Shown here in pieces: positions 61,308 to 64,000 of a stretch of DNA of 64,000 nucleotides. A program made the translations under genes and the position numbers. This stretch comes from an uncultured delta proteobacterium (lineage in GTDB: Bacteria > Desulfobacterota > Syntrophia > Syntrophales > UBA2185). The notes beneath the pieces were generated by a model, which saw only the letters and a list, made by a program, of their open reading frames with translations, made no database searches and had not been told where the DNA came from. The stretch covers positions 352,001 through 416,000 of the forward strand of contig CAVSPA010000007.1 in NCBI GenBank assembly GCA_963729715.1, read 5' to 3'. The first letter of the stretch is position 1. Each line of letters opens with the position of its first letter.

Positions 61308-61550
61308 CTATCGAAGGTTAGCTACCGTTTCCCCCTGTGCTTCCTGAGACTTGGCCACGGCTGATTCTCTTGCTTCTTCAGACGCAGTCTTGCCCGATAG
61401 CTTCGCCGCCATATCTTTTGCCGTTTCGGAAAGTGTAACATCATCTTGTTTCTTGGGCTGTGGCGCCTGCGCAGGTGCCCTTTCTTGTTTTGTAACGGCC
61501 TGGACAGCTTCGGCGGTAACGTTCTTTTGGCTGACCGGATCAATATTCAT
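61308..61550 (-). CDS. Small hypothetical protein with D.V.LS..A motif
   Basis: 80-aa ORF, AAGGAG RBS, QDDVTLSETAK motif, upstream sigma28-like promoter. Confidence 0.65.
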   Translation of the reverse strand: MNIDPVSQKNVTAEAVQAVTKQERAPAQAPQPKKQDDVTLSETAKDMAAKLSGKTASEEARESAVAKSQEAQGETVANLR

Positions 61551-61596
61551 CTTCTTATCTCCTTTTCAGATACTCAGTCGCACCTATGTTTTAATG

Positions 61597-61624
61597 ATAT
61601 CGTCAGAAATGGAGAATAACTTAA
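61597..61624 (-). promoter_or_regulatory. sigma28-like promoter
   Basis: Minus strand TTAAG-N15-GACGATAT. Confidence 0.5.
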
Positions 61625-61772
61625 GTTTTTTTTGTGAGAGGCTGTCAGTTTGTGGGTTATCAGCGAATGAGAGTTTGTAAGGGTATGATTATTCGGAAAA
61701 ACAAGGTACCGGGATGGACTAAACAAAGATCCATAAGAAGAAATACCTAACTCGAAGACGGTTTCTTTTCAA

Positions 61773-63161
61773 TCAGAGAGCTGGCTCCCCGCCTATTTGT
61801 GTGTGTGATGAAAGCAGTGAAAAATAGAACGTCGCTCCCTCATCTACCTTTCCTTCCGCCCATACCCTGCCGCCATGCCTCCGTATGATGCGCTGGACGG
61901 TTGCCAGGCCGACGCCCGTGCCTTCGAACTGGTCCGTACTGTGAAGTCTCTGAAAGACGCCAAACAGTTTATCGTAATAGGCCATGTCGAAGCCCACGCC
62001 GTTGTCCTTTACATAATACACTATTTCATTTCCCTCGGCGTAGCCTCCCACAACGATCTCGGCGGCATCTTTGTATTTTGTAAATTTTGCGGCGTTGGAC
62101 AGAATGTTGATCAAGACCTGCTTGATGAGCGCCCTGTCTCCGTAGCACGGAGGCATGCTCTCCACTGCGGGCTTTATCTTCCTCTCGGGGTCGCTCGCCT
62201 GCACTTCTTTCCATGCATCTTTCACGAGGATATTCACGTCTAAGAGCGCTAAAGAGATCTCCTTCCGCCCTAAGCGTGAGAAGGTCAAGAGGTCATCGAT
62301 AAGCTGGCCCATCAGGTGCGTGCTCGATCTGATCACGTTAAACTTATCGAGGGTGTCCGCGTCAAACTTATCTGCCTGTTTCTTTAGGATCAGGCGCGCA
62401 TACCCGTCTATGGCGCGGAGCGGCGCGCGCAGATCATGGGAGACGGAGTAGCTGAAGCTCTCCAGTTCCTTGTTCAATTCTTCAAGTGCTACCGCGCTTT
62501 TCTCAAGGGCCCTATGATCCTCTTCCAATCGCTGCTGAATGGCCCGAAACTCCTCGTTCTGCACCTTCAGCTCTGCCGTAATATCCTCTAACTCGGCCGT
62601 CCGCTTTCTGATTTCAAAGTCCAGCCGATCTTCTCTCTTCTTCTGTTCGGTGAGATCGGTAATGACCATGCTCACCGACAGTTGTTCTTCAATTTGGAGA
62701 GGGTTTGTGGAGACAGCGACGGGAAGATACTCACCCCTCGCAGTACTGAGCAGGAACTCACTCTTTTGTTTCCCGGCTAAGCTAAGCGCCAGAAGTCTGA
62801 CAAAGTCCTTTTCCCCGCTTTCGTGGACGAAGGAGTGAAAGAAAGAACCCACTATCCTTTCGAGGACAAGACCCAGCATATCTGCAAAGCGCTGGTTCGC
62901 ATAGATGACTGTTCCATCGGGCAGAAGTGTGACGGTGCCTTCATTGATATTCTCGATGATCATCTGGTAAGGATAGTCGGCGCCTTTCAGTGTAAAGATC
63001 TGCGGACCTGTCGCCGTTTCGATTGCGAGGGCGTCCACTTCACCGTTGCGAATCGCACGCAGGGTCTCTTCCGCTTCCGCCAGCCGCGACTCCAGGTGTT
63101 CCACTTTGGCCCGGAGATCTTCTCGTTTCGGTTTTTGGGGTTTGCGCACAACCTTCTTCAT
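61773..63161 (-). CDS. PAS-domain sensor histidine kinase
   Basis: LAEAEETLRAIRNGEVDA N-terminus, PAS, FSYSVSHDLRAPLR H-box, N..SNA.KF, DNGVGF, FQRLH, GTGVGL. Confidence 0.93.
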   Translation of the reverse strand: MKKVVRKPQKPKREDLRAKVEHLESRLAEAEETLRAIRNGEVDALAIETATGPQIFTLKGADYPYQMIIENINEGTVTLLPDGTVIYANQRFADMLGLVLERIVGSFFHSFVHESGEKDFVRLLALSLAGKQKSEFLLSTARGEYLPVAVSTNPLQIEEQLSVSMVITDLTEQKKREDRLDFEIRKRTAELEDITAELKVQNEEFRAIQQRLEEDHRALEKSAVALEELNKELESFSYSVSHDLRAPLRAIDGYARLILKKQADKFDADTLDKFNVIRSSTHLMGQLIDDLLTFSRLGRKEISLALLDVNILVKDAWKEVQASDPERKIKPAVESMPPCYGDRALIKQVLINILSNAAKFTKYKDAAEIVVGGYAEGNEIVYYVKDNGVGFDMAYYDKLFGVFQRLHSTDQFEGTGVGLATVQRIIRRHGGRVWAEGKVDEGATFYFSLLSSHTQIGGEPAL

Positions 63162-63508
63162 GATTTCTTCGGCCTCAAATCTATTCCCACCAGGAACCTT
63201 TCCGTATCCGACATGTCGCCGATGAGCCTGCGAAGCGGCAGGGGCAGCTTCTTAATCAATGTGGGGGCCGCAATAATCTGCTCACCTTGGGCAAGTTTGG
63301 GCTGCTGATAGATATCGATGACCTCGAGCTCATAACGTCCTGTGAGATATTTTTCGCAGATATCTTTGACATTCGCGATCGCCTTTGTCGATCTGGGGGT
63401 CAGCCCTGTAATATAGAGGCGCAAAATGTACTTTTCCTCTTTGGACCTTTTTACAGCCTTTTGTAATTCCTGCTCACCTGTTGTGGTCTTCTTCTTAGTC
63501 ATCAGCAT
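63158..63508 (-). CDS. kaiB: KaiB family protein (second copy)
   Basis: LRLYITG.TPRS..AI.N...ICE..L.G.Y.LEVIDI...P.LA..EQI.A.PTLIK.LP.PLRRLIGDMS. Confidence 0.92.
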   Translation of the reverse strand: MLMTKKKTTTGEQELQKAVKRSKEEKYILRLYITGLTPRSTKAIANVKDICEKYLTGRYELEVIDIYQQPKLAQGEQIIAAPTLIKKLPLPLRRLIGDMSDTERFLVGIDLRPKKS

Positions 63509-63520
63509 TGCCCCACGGAT

Positions 63521-63862
63521 TTATTTGACGGCCTTTGCAGCAGGCTTGATGTCGAGTCCGATTAATACGCGCTCCGTGTTGGCCAGATCTCCGATGAGCT
63601 TTTTCACCGGCGGGGGAAGTTGCCTCACCAGTGTCGGGATGGCAAGGATCTGGTCTCCTTTTGCGAGCATGGGATTCTTAAGGAGGTCTACGATCTCGAT
63701 CCGGTACTTGCCGGCAAGGTGCTTTTCACAGATCTCTTTGAGATTGGCGAAGGCCGCAATCGACTTTGGCGTCTGCCCGGCTACATACAGCTTCAGTATC
63801 CATATCTCTTGGACGGGAGCCGGTTTTGCTGGTTTCTTTTTCTTGGTTGGCTCGTTCTTCAT
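63521..63862 (-). CDS. kaiB: KaiB family protein (first copy)
   Basis: [30 protein letters not shown]...[18 protein letters not shown]. Confidence 0.93.
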   Translation of the reverse strand: MKNEPTKKKKPAKPAPVQEIWILKLYVAGQTPKSIAAFANLKEICEKHLAGKYRIEIVDLLKNPMLAKGDQILAIPTLVRQLPPPVKKLIGDLANTERVLIGLDIKPAAKAVK

Positions 63863-64000
63863 TTCACGCCCTTCTTCTTCCCTTCTTTCCGGGAACCCTT
63901 TGAACGATCCGCTTTGCGCAGACGCCCCATCTCGGCCCGGTCTGCGATCACACCGTTTCGCTTTTTCTTCTCATGCGCAGCCATAAACCTAAGTTCCTCG
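63859..64000 (-). CDS. kaiC: 3' end of probable KaiC (partial, runs off window)
   Basis: Manual translation ...[35 protein letters not shown]...VK*; ATGA overlap with kaiB; the R.EM.RLRKAD tail resembles non-cyanobacterial KaiC C-termini. Confidence 0.65.
   Translation of the reverse strand, partial: EELRFMAAHEKKKRNGVIADRAEMGRLRKADRSKGSRKEGKKKGVK

Overview
Bacterial chromosomal segment from an anaerobe. Gene content and protein style suggest Desulfobacterota/Syntrophales-like Deltaproteobacteria (inference only). It opens with the conserved ybaB-dnaX-ffs(SRP RNA)-tRNA-Ser x2-tadA locus and continues with mixed housekeeping and transport genes (ABC, MFS, mdtABC-OMF, liv operon, typA, nudC, RNase D, aldehyde:ferredoxin oxidoreductase, ADP-forming acyl-CoA synthetase). 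Cobamide metabolism is the main theme, with three cobalamin riboswitches. They precede (i) cobC-cobU-cobT-cobS-cbiB, (ii) a 35-aa peptide missing from the ORF track that is translationally coupled to a radical SAM/SPASM maturase (CbpA/CbpB-type, product unknown to me), and (iii) a cobD-cbiP fusion plus cobO. The third operon ends in a deletion scar that joins the first 13 codons of cbiA to a frameshifted cbiJ, suggesting loss of corrin-ring synthesis from this operon. Also present are five copies of an IS200/IS605-like miniature palindromic element (one supplies a gene's stop codon), an intact IS110 with a structured bridge-RNA-like leader, two orphan genes with sigma28-type promoters, a bacterial cereblon-domain gene, and the end of a kaiC-kaiB-kaiB-PAS histidine kinase operon. 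No rRNA, CRISPR array or prophage was seen. All family calls are by eye from motifs; no database search was run.
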